From an uncultured Desulfospira sp. (lineage in GTDB: Bacteria > Desulfobacterota > Desulfobacteria > Desulfobacterales > Desulfobacteraceae), in assembly GCA_963663165.1 (NCBI GenBank), contig OY760175.1:3264001-3328000 (forward strand): a stretch of 64,000 nt of DNA. Direction: 5' to 3'. Every line of letters begins with the position of its first letter. Position 1 is the first letter of the stretch. The notes below the pieces were generated by a model, which did no database searches, had not been told where the DNA came from, and saw only the letters and a program-made list of their open reading frames with translations. The position numbers and the translations under genes were made by a program. This document shows positions 29,478 through 39,277 of the stretch, piece after piece.

Positions 29478-30524
29478 TTATCCTTTCCTGATCCGGTACC
29501 GGGTGAAAAAAAGGGCGCAAAGCACCGACAAAAGGCAGACTGCCGTGGCGACATCGGCAATGTAATTGGAGATGTTAATGGCCCGGCTCATGCTGTCCGC
29601 GCCGATATAGATCATGGCCACAAACAGGGCCGCCCCCACCACGCCAATGGGATGCAGGGCTGCCAGCATGGCCACCACAATGCCGGTATACCCGAACCCG
29701 GGGGACAGATCCGTGGTCAGATACCCTTTGACCCCGCACAGTTCGCTGACCCCGGCCATGGCGGCAAGCCCGCCGGAGATCAGGGCGGTCCGGATCACCG
29801 CCGCCGTCACCGGCATGCCGGCAAACCGGCCGGCGTTGGCGTTAAAGCCCACGGCCCGGATTTCAAACCCCCACACGGTTTTTTCCATGAACAGCCAGAC
29901 CAGTACGGCGGTGATCAAGGCCAGGATAAACCCGAGATGAAGCCGGGTCCGGACCACCAGAATCGGCAGAACCGCTGAATCCACCACCGGGGCCGACTGG
30001 GGCCATCCCATGGACATGGGATCTTTCCAGGGACCGAATACCAGCCAGTTGACAAATAAAAGCACCACAAAATTGAGCAGCAGGGTGGTCACCACCTCAT
30101 CCACATTCATTAAGGTTTTCAGCAGGGTGGGGACCAAAAGAAAAAGCCCGCCGGCCAGGGCGCCTGCGGCAAAAAGGTAGGGGATCATGGCCCAGGCGGG
30201 CAAGGTGCCCTTGGTCCCTAAGAGGACGGCCATGACGGCCCCGATATAAAACTGCCCTTCACCGCCGATGTTCCAGAGTCTTGCCCTGAAGGCCACGGCC
30301 GCGGCAAGCCCGGTAAAGATCAGGGGCGTCGCCCGGGTCAGGGTTTCGGTCAGGGCAAATGTTGAGCCGGCCGAGCCCTTGAACATGAGCCACCAGCCCG
30401 CCAGGGGGGAGGCCCCGCCCCAGACAATCAGAATGGAACAGACAGCCATGGCCGCGGCAATGGCCGCGGCCAGTGCCCCTGCCACCAGCCATATCGAATG
30501 GGTTTCCCGCAGCTCAATTCGCAT
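29478..30524 (-). CDS. Nucleoside/purine ABC transporter permease
   Basis: LWNIGGEGQ, GFGYTGIVVA; start overlaps the ATPase 3' end. Confidence 0.9.
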   Translation of the reverse strand: MRIELRETHSIWLVAGALAAAIAAAMAVCSILIVWGGASPLAGWWLMFKGSAGSTFALTETLTRATPLIFTGLAAAVAFRARLWNIGGEGQFYIGAVMAVLLGTKGTLPAWAMIPYLFAAGALAGGLFLLVPTLLKTLMNVDEVVTTLLLNFVVLLFVNWLVFGPWKDPMSMGWPQSAPVVDSAVLPILVVRTRLHLGFILALITAVLVWLFMEKTVWGFEIRAVGFNANAGRFAGMPVTAAVIRTALISGGLAAMAGVSELCGVKGYLTTDLSPGFGYTGIVVAMLAALHPIGVVGAALFVAMIYIGADSMSRAINISNYIADVATAVCLLSVLCALFFTRYRIRKG

Positions 30525-32067
30525 GGGCCACCCCCTGGGAGTCACTGTGGCCGGCCATGGCCAGCCCCAATTGTTCCCGGCTGGCCTCTTTCGTATGACA
30601 GGCCTTTGAGAGCCGTCCCTGGACCATCACCTGGATCCGGTGGGAAATCTCAAGCAGTTCATCAAGGTCTTCTGAAATAATGACCACACCGGCGCCTTGT
30701 TCAGCGGCCCGGACCAGCCGGCGGTGAACAAAGGCGGTGGCCCCCACATCCAGGCCCCAGGTGGGCTGGTTGGCCAGGATGATGCCGGGACTGCCGGACA
30801 GCTCCCGGGCCAGAATCAGCTTTTGCATGTTGCCGCCGGAAAGATGGCGGGCCAGGGCCTTGGGGCCCGGGCAGCGCACGTCAAACTTCCGGATACGCTC
30901 TGTGGCATAGGCCGTCATCTGTTTGGTTCTGAGCAGCCCCCAGCGGGAGTAAGGGACTTGCCGGTAGGATTCGGCAGCCAGGTTTTCCATGACCGTCAGA
31001 TCGGTGATCAAACCGGTGCCGGTCCGGTCGTCGGGCACCCGGCCAAGGCCTGCCCGGATCATATGGCGGGGACTGATCCGTTTAACCATGGTGTCCCCCA
31101 CGTTGACGCACCCGGCATCGGGCTTTGCCATACCGCAGATAATGTCGGCCAGCATGGCCTGCCCGTTGCCGGACACCCCGGCAATGCCAAGGATTTCTCC
31201 GGCGTTAAGGCTCAGGTCAAGATCGGTAAGCCCGGCCCCGGACAGATTGGCGGCACAGACCCCCTCAAGGCTGAGGACGGTCTGCCGGCCTGCCGGCCGC
31301 CTGATGTGATGCCGCTTTACATCCCGGGATGATACCGCTTCAACTTCTTTGCCCACCATGGCCCTGGCCAGGGATACCGGGTCTGTGTCACGGGTGGGGC
31401 ATTGAAACACAACTTTGCCTTGGCGCAGGACAACGCACCGGTGGCTGACCGCCATGACCTCCCGCATTTTGTGGGTAATGAAGATGATGCTCAATCCCTT
31501 GGCCACCAGCTGTTCAAGGGTGGCGAATAACGCATCCGATTCCTGGGGGGTGAGGACAGCCGTAGGCTCATCAAGGATCAGGATTTGGGCATCCCGGTAC
31601 AGCACCTTCAGGATCTCCACCCGCTGCTGCTGGCCCACACTCAGGTCCCGGACCAGGCGCTGGGGGTCCACTTTGAGGCCGAACCGGCCCATCAGGCCGT
31701 CAAGCCTCTGAGCGGCTTTTTTCCGGTTGCTCGAGAAACGGAACAGGCTTTCCGTTCCCAGGATGATATTGTCCAGAACGCTCATGTTTTCAGCCAGGGT
31801 GAAATGCTGGTGGACCATGCCCACACCGCTTTTCAGGGCGGCTGCAGGCGATCCGGCCTCAAGGGGATGTCCCATCACCTCTATTCGTCCTTTGTCCGCC
31901 ACATAGTGGCCGAACAAAATCGACATTAATGTGGTTTTTCCCGCTCCGTTTTCCCCGAGCAGGGCAACGATTTCACCCTTGTGAAGATCCAGGCTGACAT
32001 CTTCATTGGCCGATACGGCACCAAAGCGCTTGGTAATGCCGGACAGTCTGAGAACAGGGTCGGTCAT
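30514..32067 (-). CDS. Sugar/nucleoside ABC ATPase with two NBDs
   Basis: GENGAGKT, LSVGQQQR, LDEPT, LSGGNMQK. Confidence 0.95.
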   Translation of the reverse strand: MTDPVLRLSGITKRFGAVSANEDVSLDLHKGEIVALLGENGAGKTTLMSILFGHYVADKGRIEVMGHPLEAGSPAAALKSGVGMVHQHFTLAENMSVLDNIILGTESLFRFSSNRKKAAQRLDGLMGRFGLKVDPQRLVRDLSVGQQQRVEILKVLYRDAQILILDEPTAVLTPQESDALFATLEQLVAKGLSIIFITHKMREVMAVSHRCVVLRQGKVVFQCPTRDTDPVSLARAMVGKEVEAVSSRDVKRHHIRRPAGRQTVLSLEGVCAANLSGAGLTDLDLSLNAGEILGIAGVSGNGQAMLADIICGMAKPDAGCVNVGDTMVKRISPRHMIRAGLGRVPDDRTGTGLITDLTVMENLAAESYRQVPYSRWGLLRTKQMTAYATERIRKFDVRCPGPKALARHLSGGNMQKLILARELSGSPGIILANQPTWGLDVGATAFVHRRLVRAAEQGAGVVIISEDLDELLEISHRIQVMVQGRLSKACHTKEASREQLGLAMAGHSDSQGVAHAN

Positions 32068-32090
32068 GGCGGTCTATCCTATAAGTTGGT

Positions 32091-33080
32091 CTAGAAGCTG
32101 GACTTGGGTTCGTTGTCGTTAATGGGAATTTCAAGTTTTCCGGCCACGATATCGGCTTTGGCCTGTTCAACGGCCGCTTTCATGTCCGCCGGGACCTTGT
32201 CCTCAAATTCATACATGGGGGAAAGACTTGCCCCGCCCTTGGCCATCATGGTCCATTCACGGTAATCTTCGGCTTTAAAGGTTTTGGCCTTTACCAGGGA
32301 GATGGCGTGATTGACGGCCGGTTCCATGTGCCACAGGGCCGAGACCACCACCACGTTCTGGCCGTTTTCTTCCTTGTTCATGTCGTTGACGTTGCCAAAA
32401 GCAATGATGCCCTTTTCCCTGGCCGCATCCACCACGCCGGCCCGTTCGGCATAAAGAACGTCCACGCCGGCTTCCACCTGGGCATAGGCAAATTCTTTGG
32501 CCTTTGGCGGATCATACCAGGAACCGATAAAAGAAACTTTAAATGCCACGTCAGGGTTGACCTTTCTGGCCCCGGCCATAAAGGCGTTGAACAGCCGGTT
32601 AACCTCTCCGATGGGATATCCGCCCACCATACCGATTTTATTGGATGTTGTCATTTTTCCGGCAATCATGCCCATGAGGTAGCAGGGCTCATGAATATAA
32701 TTGTCAAAAACAGACAGATTGGGTTCGGCCGGGCCAAAGGTGTCCCCCATCAGGTAGGCCGTATCCGGATAATCTTTGGCCACTTTTCTGACGTCCCTTG
32801 AAATCCCAAAGGCCTCGCCCACCACCAGGTCAACCCCTTTTTCAGAGTATTCCCGCAATACCCTTATATAATCGGTGTTGGATACTTTTTCAGAATAGGC
32901 ATACTCAATTTCACCAGCATCGGCCGCTTTCTGCAATGCCTTGTGCAGGCAGGCATCCCATTTTTGCTGGATGGGCTGGGTGTAAATGCCCGCTACCTTT
33001 ATTTTATCACCGGCAAAGGCCTGTCCAGAAAACAGCAAGCCGACTGCCACACATACCGCAACCACATTTAAGCGTTTCAT
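32091..33080 (-). CDS. BMP family ABC substrate-binding protein
   Basis: Signal peptide MKRLN..AFA; KIGMVGG, GSWYDPPKAKE; AAGGA RBS. Confidence 0.9.
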   Translation of the reverse strand: MKRLNVVAVCVAVGLLFSGQAFAGDKIKVAGIYTQPIQQKWDACLHKALQKAADAGEIEYAYSEKVSNTDYIRVLREYSEKGVDLVVGEAFGISRDVRKVAKDYPDTAYLMGDTFGPAEPNLSVFDNYIHEPCYLMGMIAGKMTTSNKIGMVGGYPIGEVNRLFNAFMAGARKVNPDVAFKVSFIGSWYDPPKAKEFAYAQVEAGVDVLYAERAGVVDAAREKGIIAFGNVNDMNKEENGQNVVVVSALWHMEPAVNHAISLVKAKTFKAEDYREWTMMAKGGASLSPMYEFEDKVPADMKAAVEQAKADIVAGKLEIPINDNEPKSSF

Positions 33081-33617
33081 AATGTTCCTTTTTAAATTAA
33101 CCGTTAACATTTCCCCCGGCGCACTGGGGCGATTCCCATTTGCCGGCCATGCATTTGCAGCCTTTGCAAAAATAATGCAAAAACCATGCAAAAACAAATT
33201 CTGCAAATCAAATATCCCGGATGGGTCTTTTAGCATGCCGGGGGGCTTAAATCAACGCGGGTTTCAGAAAGTCCGGGCAGGTCCGCCGGGCAGTGTCAAA
33301 GGAAACCAAAAACGTAACAACCGATCCGGCCATAAGCCTTGAAATTACAAAATGGTATGTGGTGTTAAAGATAAAATTTGTGAATTCTATATGCTTTTTA
33401 TGGCGTGTTCAATGTATTTTGACCGGGTTGTCATCGGATCAGGACTTAAAAAATCTTCGTATATCACATCAATTCATGATAAATGCGGCATGGTTTCCCG
33501 TTGGCGGTTTGACAAAAAGATTTGAGTCCTATATGTTTTTATCCAAATAATGCATTGTGAATACAGATATATCAGATGACCCCAAAGCGGGGTTGACCGA
33601 AATATACAGGAAAATAA

Positions 33618-34847
33618 ATGGATAAAATCGTCATAGACAATTTATATAAAATATTCGGACCTGAGCCGAAAAAGGCCATCAAACTGCTTGAGCAGGGGCT
33701 TGAAAAAGATGAAGTCCTTGAAAAGACCGGCATGACCGTCGGGGTCAACAAGGCCTCCTTTTCCATAGAAGAGGGGGAGATCTTTGTGATCATGGGGCTG
33801 TCCGGATCCGGCAAATCCACCCTGGTAAGAATGATCAACCGGCTGATTGAACCGTCTGGCGGGAATGTGGTCATCAACGGGGAAAATATCACCCGGATGG
33901 CGCCAGAAGACCTGGTCAAATTCCGGCTTAACCATATGAGCATGGTGTTTCAGTCCTTTGCCCTGATGCCCCATCTCACGGTTTTGGAAAATGCGGCTTT
34001 CGGGCTGGAACTGGCCGGCGTGCCGACGAAAAAGAGAAAAGAACGGGCCATGGCCGCCTTATCCCAGGTCGGGCTGGAGGGGTGGGAGGATCAGCTGCCC
34101 CGACAGTTGTCTGGCGGCATGCAGCAGCGGGTGGGCCTGGCCCGGGGCCTGGCCGTGGACCCGGACATCATGCTCATGGACGAGGCCTTTTCCGCCCTGG
34201 ACCCCCTGATCCGGACCGAGATGCAGGACGAACTGCTCAAACTCCAGGAAGACAGCACCCGGACCATTGTGTTTATCTCCCATGATCTGGATGAGGCCCT
34301 GCGCATCGGGGACCGCATCGCCATCATGGAAGGCGGCCGGGTCGTCCAGGTGGGCAGCCCCGAAGAAATCCTCCAGAATCCGGCCGACGATTACGTCCGG
34401 GCTTTTTTCAGGGGGGTGGATCCCACCAACGTCATCTGTGCCAAAGATATTGCCATCCCCTCCAACCCCACCATCATTAAAACCAAAAAAGGCGGTATCC
34501 GGGCGGCCCTGGAGATGCTCAACGCCAAAGATTATAACTACGGGTATGTCCTTAATGCCAAAGGCGGGTTTCTCGGGCTGGTCTCTGTGGATTCCTTAAC
34601 CCGGGCCGTTGAACAGGGAAAAACAGGAGACCCCATTGATATCTGTTACCTGCCCGGGGCCAAAGCGGTCAGGGATGAGGACAACATGCAGGATATCTTA
34701 GCAGAGGTGGCAGAACGGCCCTGGCCCATTCCCGTGGTCAACGGCACCGGCAAATACCTGGGGGTTGTTTCTAAAAACCGGTTTTTAAAAACCCTGCATA
34801 AATCCGATCATAACGGCGGCAGCCAGGCCGCTGCCCTGGAGGCGTAA
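33618..34847 (+). CDS. proV: Glycine betaine/proline ABC ATPase
   Basis: GLSGSGKS, LSGGMQQRVGLAR, DEAFSALDPLIR, C-terminal CBS region. Confidence 0.95.
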   Translation: MDKIVIDNLYKIFGPEPKKAIKLLEQGLEKDEVLEKTGMTVGVNKASFSIEEGEIFVIMGLSGSGKSTLVRMINRLIEPSGGNVVINGENITRMAPEDLVKFRLNHMSMVFQSFALMPHLTVLENAAFGLELAGVPTKKRKERAMAALSQVGLEGWEDQLPRQLSGGMQQRVGLARGLAVDPDIMLMDEAFSALDPLIRTEMQDELLKLQEDSTRTIVFISHDLDEALRIGDRIAIMEGGRVVQVGSPEEILQNPADDYVRAFFRGVDPTNVICAKDIAIPSNPTIIKTKKGGIRAALEMLNAKDYNYGYVLNAKGGFLGLVSVDSLTRAVEQGKTGDPIDICYLPGAKAVRDEDNMQDILAEVAERPWPIPVVNGTGKYLGVVSKNRFLKTLHKSDHNGGSQAAALEA

Positions 34848-34848
34848 T

Positions 34849-35679
34849 ATGTTTACCGATAAAGTGCTGAACCTGGATGTCTGGATTTCCGGGTTTGTGG
34901 AATGGCTGGTGGAAAATTACAGAGGGGTTTTCCAGATGATTAAATGGCCTGTGGAACAGACCCTCTCCGGTTTTGACGTTGCCCTGAACTATATCCATCC
35001 GGTCATTGTCATCGTTGTTCTGACCCTGGCGGCCTTGAAGTTCTCCGGCCGGGGCCTGGCCGTATTTTCATTAATTTCCATGGTCCTTATCGGGCTTCTC
35101 GGCCTGTGGGCAGACACCATGACCACCCTGGCCATGGTCCTGGCATCGGTATTGTTCTGCTGCATTGTGGGGATACCTCTGGGCATTGCATCGGGGCGAA
35201 GCGATACCGTTGAACAGATCCTGCGCCCATTTCTGGACGCCATGCAGACCACCCCCTCATTTGTCTATCTGGTGCCCATTGTCATGCTCTTTTCAGTGGG
35301 AAACGTGGCTGGGGTCCTGGCCACCATTATTTTTGCCATGCCGCCCATTATCCGGCTGACCAGCCTGGGAATCAGGGGGGTTCACCCGGAGCTGGTGGAA
35401 GCGGCCCTGGCCTTCGGGGCCACCAGAACCCAGGTGCTGGTCAAGGTCCAGGTTCCCCTGGCCATGCCCACCATCCTGGCCGGTTTAAACCAGACCATCA
35501 TGATGGCCCTGGCCATGGTGGTGATTGCCGCTTTGATCGGGGCCGGAGGGTTGGGGTCTCCCGTGGTCCTGGGGTTGAATACCCTGGACATCGGGCTGGC
35601 AGTGATTGCCGGATTAAGTATTGTGCTGCTGGCCATGGTGCTGGATCGAATTACACAGTCCATGGCCAAAAAGAATTAA
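34849..35679 (+). CDS. proW: Glycine betaine/proline ABC permease
   Basis: LDAMQTTPSFVYL, EAALAFGA, GAGGLG. Confidence 0.95.
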   Translation: MFTDKVLNLDVWISGFVEWLVENYRGVFQMIKWPVEQTLSGFDVALNYIHPVIVIVVLTLAALKFSGRGLAVFSLISMVLIGLLGLWADTMTTLAMVLASVLFCCIVGIPLGIASGRSDTVEQILRPFLDAMQTTPSFVYLVPIVMLFSVGNVAGVLATIIFAMPPIIRLTSLGIRGVHPELVEAALAFGATRTQVLVKVQVPLAMPTILAGLNQTIMMALAMVVIAALIGAGGLGSPVVLGLNTLDIGLAVIAGLSIVLLAMVLDRITQSMAKKN

Positions 35680-35688
35680 GAATCTGAT

Positions 35689-35840
35689 GTAACTGTTCAG
35701 CAGTGCCCCATCTTCGCTCATTCAGGCCTTCTCACATAGCAACAGTATGCTACGAAGGCCTGACTAAACAAATATGAAGCACTGATGAACAGTTACGGAC
35801 CCTTGTTTTGCTTAGTTTTCAGCATTAGCTGAATAGTTAC
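35689..35840 (-). mobile_element. 152-bp MITE, copy 3 (between proW and proX)
   Basis: Identical to copy 2. TSD AATCTGAT at 35681-35688 and 35841-35848. Confidence 0.95.
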
Positions 35841-35876
35841 AATCTGATTAAATAAAAAAGTACAGGAGGAGTGACT

Positions 35877-36905
35877 ATGCGCGATTTGAGAATATGGACG
35901 TTGGCCGGCCTGGCCGTGATGTTGTGGGGTACAGTAAGCTGGGCCGGCACCAGCCTGCCGGGAAAGGGGATTACCCTGCAGCCGGCCCGGGCCACCTGGG
36001 ACACGGGGTTTTTCCAGGAAGCCATTGTCAGCAAAGGGCTTGAGGCCATGGGCTATAAAGTCAAACCGCCCAAGGACCTTGCCAATCCCATTGCCTATAA
36101 GTCCATTTGCCTGGGGGATATTCAGTATTGGACCAATGGGTGGTATCCCAACCACATCAGTCAGACCCCCAAAAATTTTGATGAAAAAGCCGAATGGGTG
36201 GGCATGCTGATGAAATCAGGCGGCCTGCAAGGCTACCTGGTCTCCAAGGATGCTGTGGATAAGTACAACATAAAGTCCCTGGATGACTTCAAGCGTGAAG
36301 AGGTGAAAAAGGCCTTTGACAAAAACCATGACGGCAAAGCCGACCTCACTGCCTGCCCGCCGGGATGGGGCTGTGAAAACGTTATTGCCCATCATATGAA
36401 GGCTTACGACCTGGAGGGTTCCATTAACCCGGTCAAGGCCGCTTATAACGCGGGAATGGCTGATGCCATCGGCGCTTACAAGAACGGCGAGCCCATTTTC
36501 TTTTACACCTGGGCCCCCAACTGGACCACGGGCATCCTGGTGCCGGGCAAAGACGTGATGTGGATTAATGTTCCCAAAATCATCCCCAAGGAAACCCAGA
36601 AACCCATGGCTGAGAATATGACCGGTTCGGTTCCCGGGGCGGTGTCCGATCCCGTGAAACTCGGGTTTGTGATTTCAGATATCCGTGTGGTTGCCAACAA
36701 GAAGTTTTTGAACGAAAACCCTGCCGCCAGAAAGTTTTTTGAACTGTTCAAGCTGTCATCCGCTGATGTCAACGCCCAGAATAAACGCATGCACACCGGC
36801 GAAAAGACCCAGAAAGACATTGAACGGCATGCCGATGAATGGATCGCCAAGAACCAGGCCACCTGGGACAAATGGATTGCCGAATCCCTCAAGGCAGCCC
36901 AATAG
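35877..36905 (+). CDS. proX: Glycine betaine/proline-binding protein
   Basis: LPGKGIT, QGYLVSK, ACPPGWGCE, YTWAPNW; AGGAGG RBS. Confidence 0.93.
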   Translation: MRDLRIWTLAGLAVMLWGTVSWAGTSLPGKGITLQPARATWDTGFFQEAIVSKGLEAMGYKVKPPKDLANPIAYKSICLGDIQYWTNGWYPNHISQTPKNFDEKAEWVGMLMKSGGLQGYLVSKDAVDKYNIKSLDDFKREEVKKAFDKNHDGKADLTACPPGWGCENVIAHHMKAYDLEGSINPVKAAYNAGMADAIGAYKNGEPIFFYTWAPNWTTGILVPGKDVMWINVPKIIPKETQKPMAENMTGSVPGAVSDPVKLGFVISDIRVVANKKFLNENPAARKFFELFKLSSADVNAQNKRMHTGEKTQKDIERHADEWIAKNQATWDKWIAESLKAAQ

Positions 36906-36931
36906 AACCGACAGAATCATTCAGCAAAGAC

Positions 36932-36974
36932 AGGCCGGGTCCTTTCCGTTGTATCGGGAAGGCCCCGGCTTTTT
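36932..36974 (+). terminator. Probable rho-independent terminator after proX
   Basis: gccggg-tcctttccg / cgggaagg-ccccggc stem followed by TTTTT. Confidence 0.65.
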
Positions 36975-37019
36975 AATTTCCACATTGCGGGTATTTTGAA
37001 ACGGATGAAGTTAACATCC

Positions 37020-37769
37020 TTAAAAAATCCCGTCGTACAGCAGCTTCATGCCGGACAGAAACAAAGCGGTGTAAAGGAATCGATAGATTATTTTCTGAGA
37101 GACCCGGTTTAAAATCAGATTGCCGAGTTTCACCCCGATGGGGGCCAGGGGCATCAAAATTACAGAGGTCATGAGGTTGGAGCCATCCAGCTCTCCCAGA
37201 AGGGTATAGGGGATCAGTTTGAGGTAATTCATCACGGTAAAAAAGATGGCCATGGTTCCCATAAGTACCACCCGGTCAAGATTCTGGGGCAGCAGGTAAA
37301 CACTTAAAGGCGCTCCGCCGGCATGAATCTGGGTGCTGGTAAACCCGGACACAATGCCCCAGATCCAGCCGCTGAGCCGGCCTCCTTTTTTGCGTTGGCT
37401 GAACCTTGACCCGATCCAGTAATTCAGACAAAAGGTAACGCAAATCACACCGATAATGATCCGGATGGCATCCTCGGACAGGTGCCCCATGAGCAGGGAG
37501 GCGGTGATAATCCCCACAATGCCTGCGGGAACAAGGATTTTTAAATGGTACAGATCAAATGATTTTTTAAAACTCCAGATGGCAAAAAGGTCCATGAGGC
37601 ACAGGACCGGCAGCAGAATGCCGGCGGCCGCAACGGGATTGATGACAAGGCTCATGGCTGGAATCGCCACAGCGCCCAGGGACGGCCCTAAACCGCCCTT
37701 GGACATGCCGTATAAAAGTACACACGGAACCGCCACCATATAAAAATGCGGATCTGATATAAAACTCAC
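37020..37769 (-). CDS. TSUP (TauE/SafE) family membrane protein
   Basis: GMSKGGLG, GFTSTQIHAGG, NYLKLIPY; GTG start with AAGGA RBS. Confidence 0.88.
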   Translation of the reverse strand: MSFISDPHFYMVAVPCVLLYGMSKGGLGPSLGAVAIPAMSLVINPVAAAGILLPVLCLMDLFAIWSFKKSFDLYHLKILVPAGIVGIITASLLMGHLSEDAIRIIIGVICVTFCLNYWIGSRFSQRKKGGRLSGWIWGIVSGFTSTQIHAGGAPLSVYLLPQNLDRVVLMGTMAIFFTVMNYLKLIPYTLLGELDGSNLMTSVILMPLAPIGVKLGNLILNRVSQKIIYRFLYTALFLSGMKLLYDGIF

Positions 37770-38027
37770 AAGATTTCCTTTCTTTGGGCATTCTCTTTTC
37801 AGGGCATTATCCCGCCAGCACACCCGAACCCCGCTGCAAATCCAGCCCGTATTCATAATTTTACAGGTCAATAGTTATAACCATCTTTGAGCAGCCTGCA
37901 ATATGATGCCATCAAAAACCCCTGTTTTGTATATCACAGTTAAGGGTAGGAATTAAAATGATGTAAAAAACGGAAACCGGAGAAAAGGAGACAGGAGACC
38001 GGATGAGGCGGTGTTGTTGGGTCGGTC

Positions 38028-38096
38028 GTAGGGGCGATTCATGAATCGCCCTTTCATGAAGAACCTTTACGTGGGCAATTCATGAATTGCCCCCAC
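38028..38096. repeat. Inverted pair of GTAG-type REP-like palindromes
   Basis: GTAG + gggcgattcatgaatcgccc (38032-38051) and gggcaattcatgaattgccc (38073-38092) + CCAC. Both are perfect 20-bp palindromes. Confidence 0.8.
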
Positions 38097-38202
38097 ACCT
38101 CCACCTGTAATAATGATAATCCAAGATATAAACCTCACAACCCCAACACCACCCAACAGTTTTGGCACCATCCGGCCCAATGGCTTCACCACTGATTTAG
38201 GG

Positions 38203-38240
38203 TTGACATAAATTTAGTAGCTACTATAATAGTCACTATT
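38203..38240 (+). promoter_or_regulatory. Sigma-70 promoter with overlapping palindromic operators (azlCD-trmB)
   Basis: TTGACA 38203-38208, 16-bp spacer, TATAAT 38225-38230. Palindromes TAGTAGCTACTA (38215-38226) and AATAGT-C-ACTATT (38228-38240). Confidence 0.75.
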
Positions 38241-38262
38241 GACATCAGGGAGGGCAGGTAAC

Positions 38263-38970
38263 ATGAAATCATCGGTTATTCAGGATGCCGTAAAAGCGGG
38301 CATCCCCATATTTATCGGCTATTTCCCGGCGGCGGTGGCCTTTGGCATCCTGGCCAAGACCACCGGGGTGTCGCTGCTGGAGGCCTTTTTATTCTCTGCC
38401 GTGGTCTTTGCCGGTGCCAGCCAGTTCATTGCCTTGAACCTTCTTTCCACGGGCATGGGGCCGGTGGGCATTATTTTAACCACCCTGCTGGTGAATTTCC
38501 GTCATTTTCTCATGAGCGCTTATCTGTCTACCCGGATCCGGGAAAAACTGGTGCGGTATTATTTCCCCATGGCCTTTGGGGTGACCGATGAAACCTTTTC
38601 GGTCATGTCCTTTACCCAAACCCCGTTAACCAAAACCTTTGTCATGGCCCTGGAGTTCAGCGCCTATTCGGGCTGGGTCCTGGGGACCCTGGCCGGATAC
38701 CTTTTGGGCGGGTTCATGCCCGCCGTATTGACCCAGAGCATGGGGGTGGCCCTCTATGCCCTGCTGCTGGCCATTCTCATGCCGGAACTGAAATCCTCGA
38801 CCCGGTCTCTGGTTCTTGCCGTTTCATCGGGGCTTTTAAACTGGGTCCTGGTCACGGCGGATGTCCTGCCCAAGGGGTGGAGCATTATTGCCTGTATTCT
38901 GGTGGTGGCGTCAGCGGGCGCCATGCTGGCCCCGGTCCCGTTAAAAAAGGAGGAAAACGCCCATGGATAA
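38263..38970 (+). CDS. azlC: AzlC family amino-acid exporter
   Basis: FAGASQF, NFRHFLMS, TDETF. Confidence 0.92.
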   Translation: MKSSVIQDAVKAGIPIFIGYFPAAVAFGILAKTTGVSLLEAFLFSAVVFAGASQFIALNLLSTGMGPVGIILTTLLVNFRHFLMSAYLSTRIREKLVRYYFPMAFGVTDETFSVMSFTQTPLTKTFVMALEFSAYSGWVLGTLAGYLLGGFMPAVLTQSMGVALYALLLAILMPELKSSTRSLVLAVSSGLLNWVLVTADVLPKGWSIIACILVVASAGAMLAPVPLKKEENAHG

Positions 38971-39268
38971 AAGTCTGATCCCTTTAATTCTCGGCATGGC
39001 CGCCGTGACCTACGGCCCCCGGCTGGCCCCCTTTCTGTTTTTCAGGAACGCCCGGGTTCCGGCCCGGGTGGACGCATTTTTAAAATGCATCCCCGTGGCC
39101 GCCATTGGGGCACTGATTGTCCCCGGCGCCTTTACCGCCACCCCGGACCTGCCCGTTGCCGCCGTCCTGGGCATGGGGTTTACCCTGATCTACGGGCTTT
39201 TCAGGGGCGGGATCATTGTCCCGGTCCTGGGCTCTGTGGCCGTGGCCTGGCTGGCCTTGAGCCTATAG
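38963..39268 (+). CDS. azlD: AzlD domain protein
   Basis: MAAVTYGPRLAPF; overlaps the azlC stop. Confidence 0.88.
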   Translation: MDKSLIPLILGMAAVTYGPRLAPFLFFRNARVPARVDAFLKCIPVAAIGALIVPGAFTATPDLPVAAVLGMGFTLIYGLFRGGIIVPVLGSVAVAWLALSL

Positions 39269-39277
39269 GATGTTGCC

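Noticed and set aside
33160..33200. tgcaaaa repeats as a sigma-54 promoter for the BMP operon
   Set aside because: The -24 element reads TTGCA rather than TGGCA, which is too weak to call.
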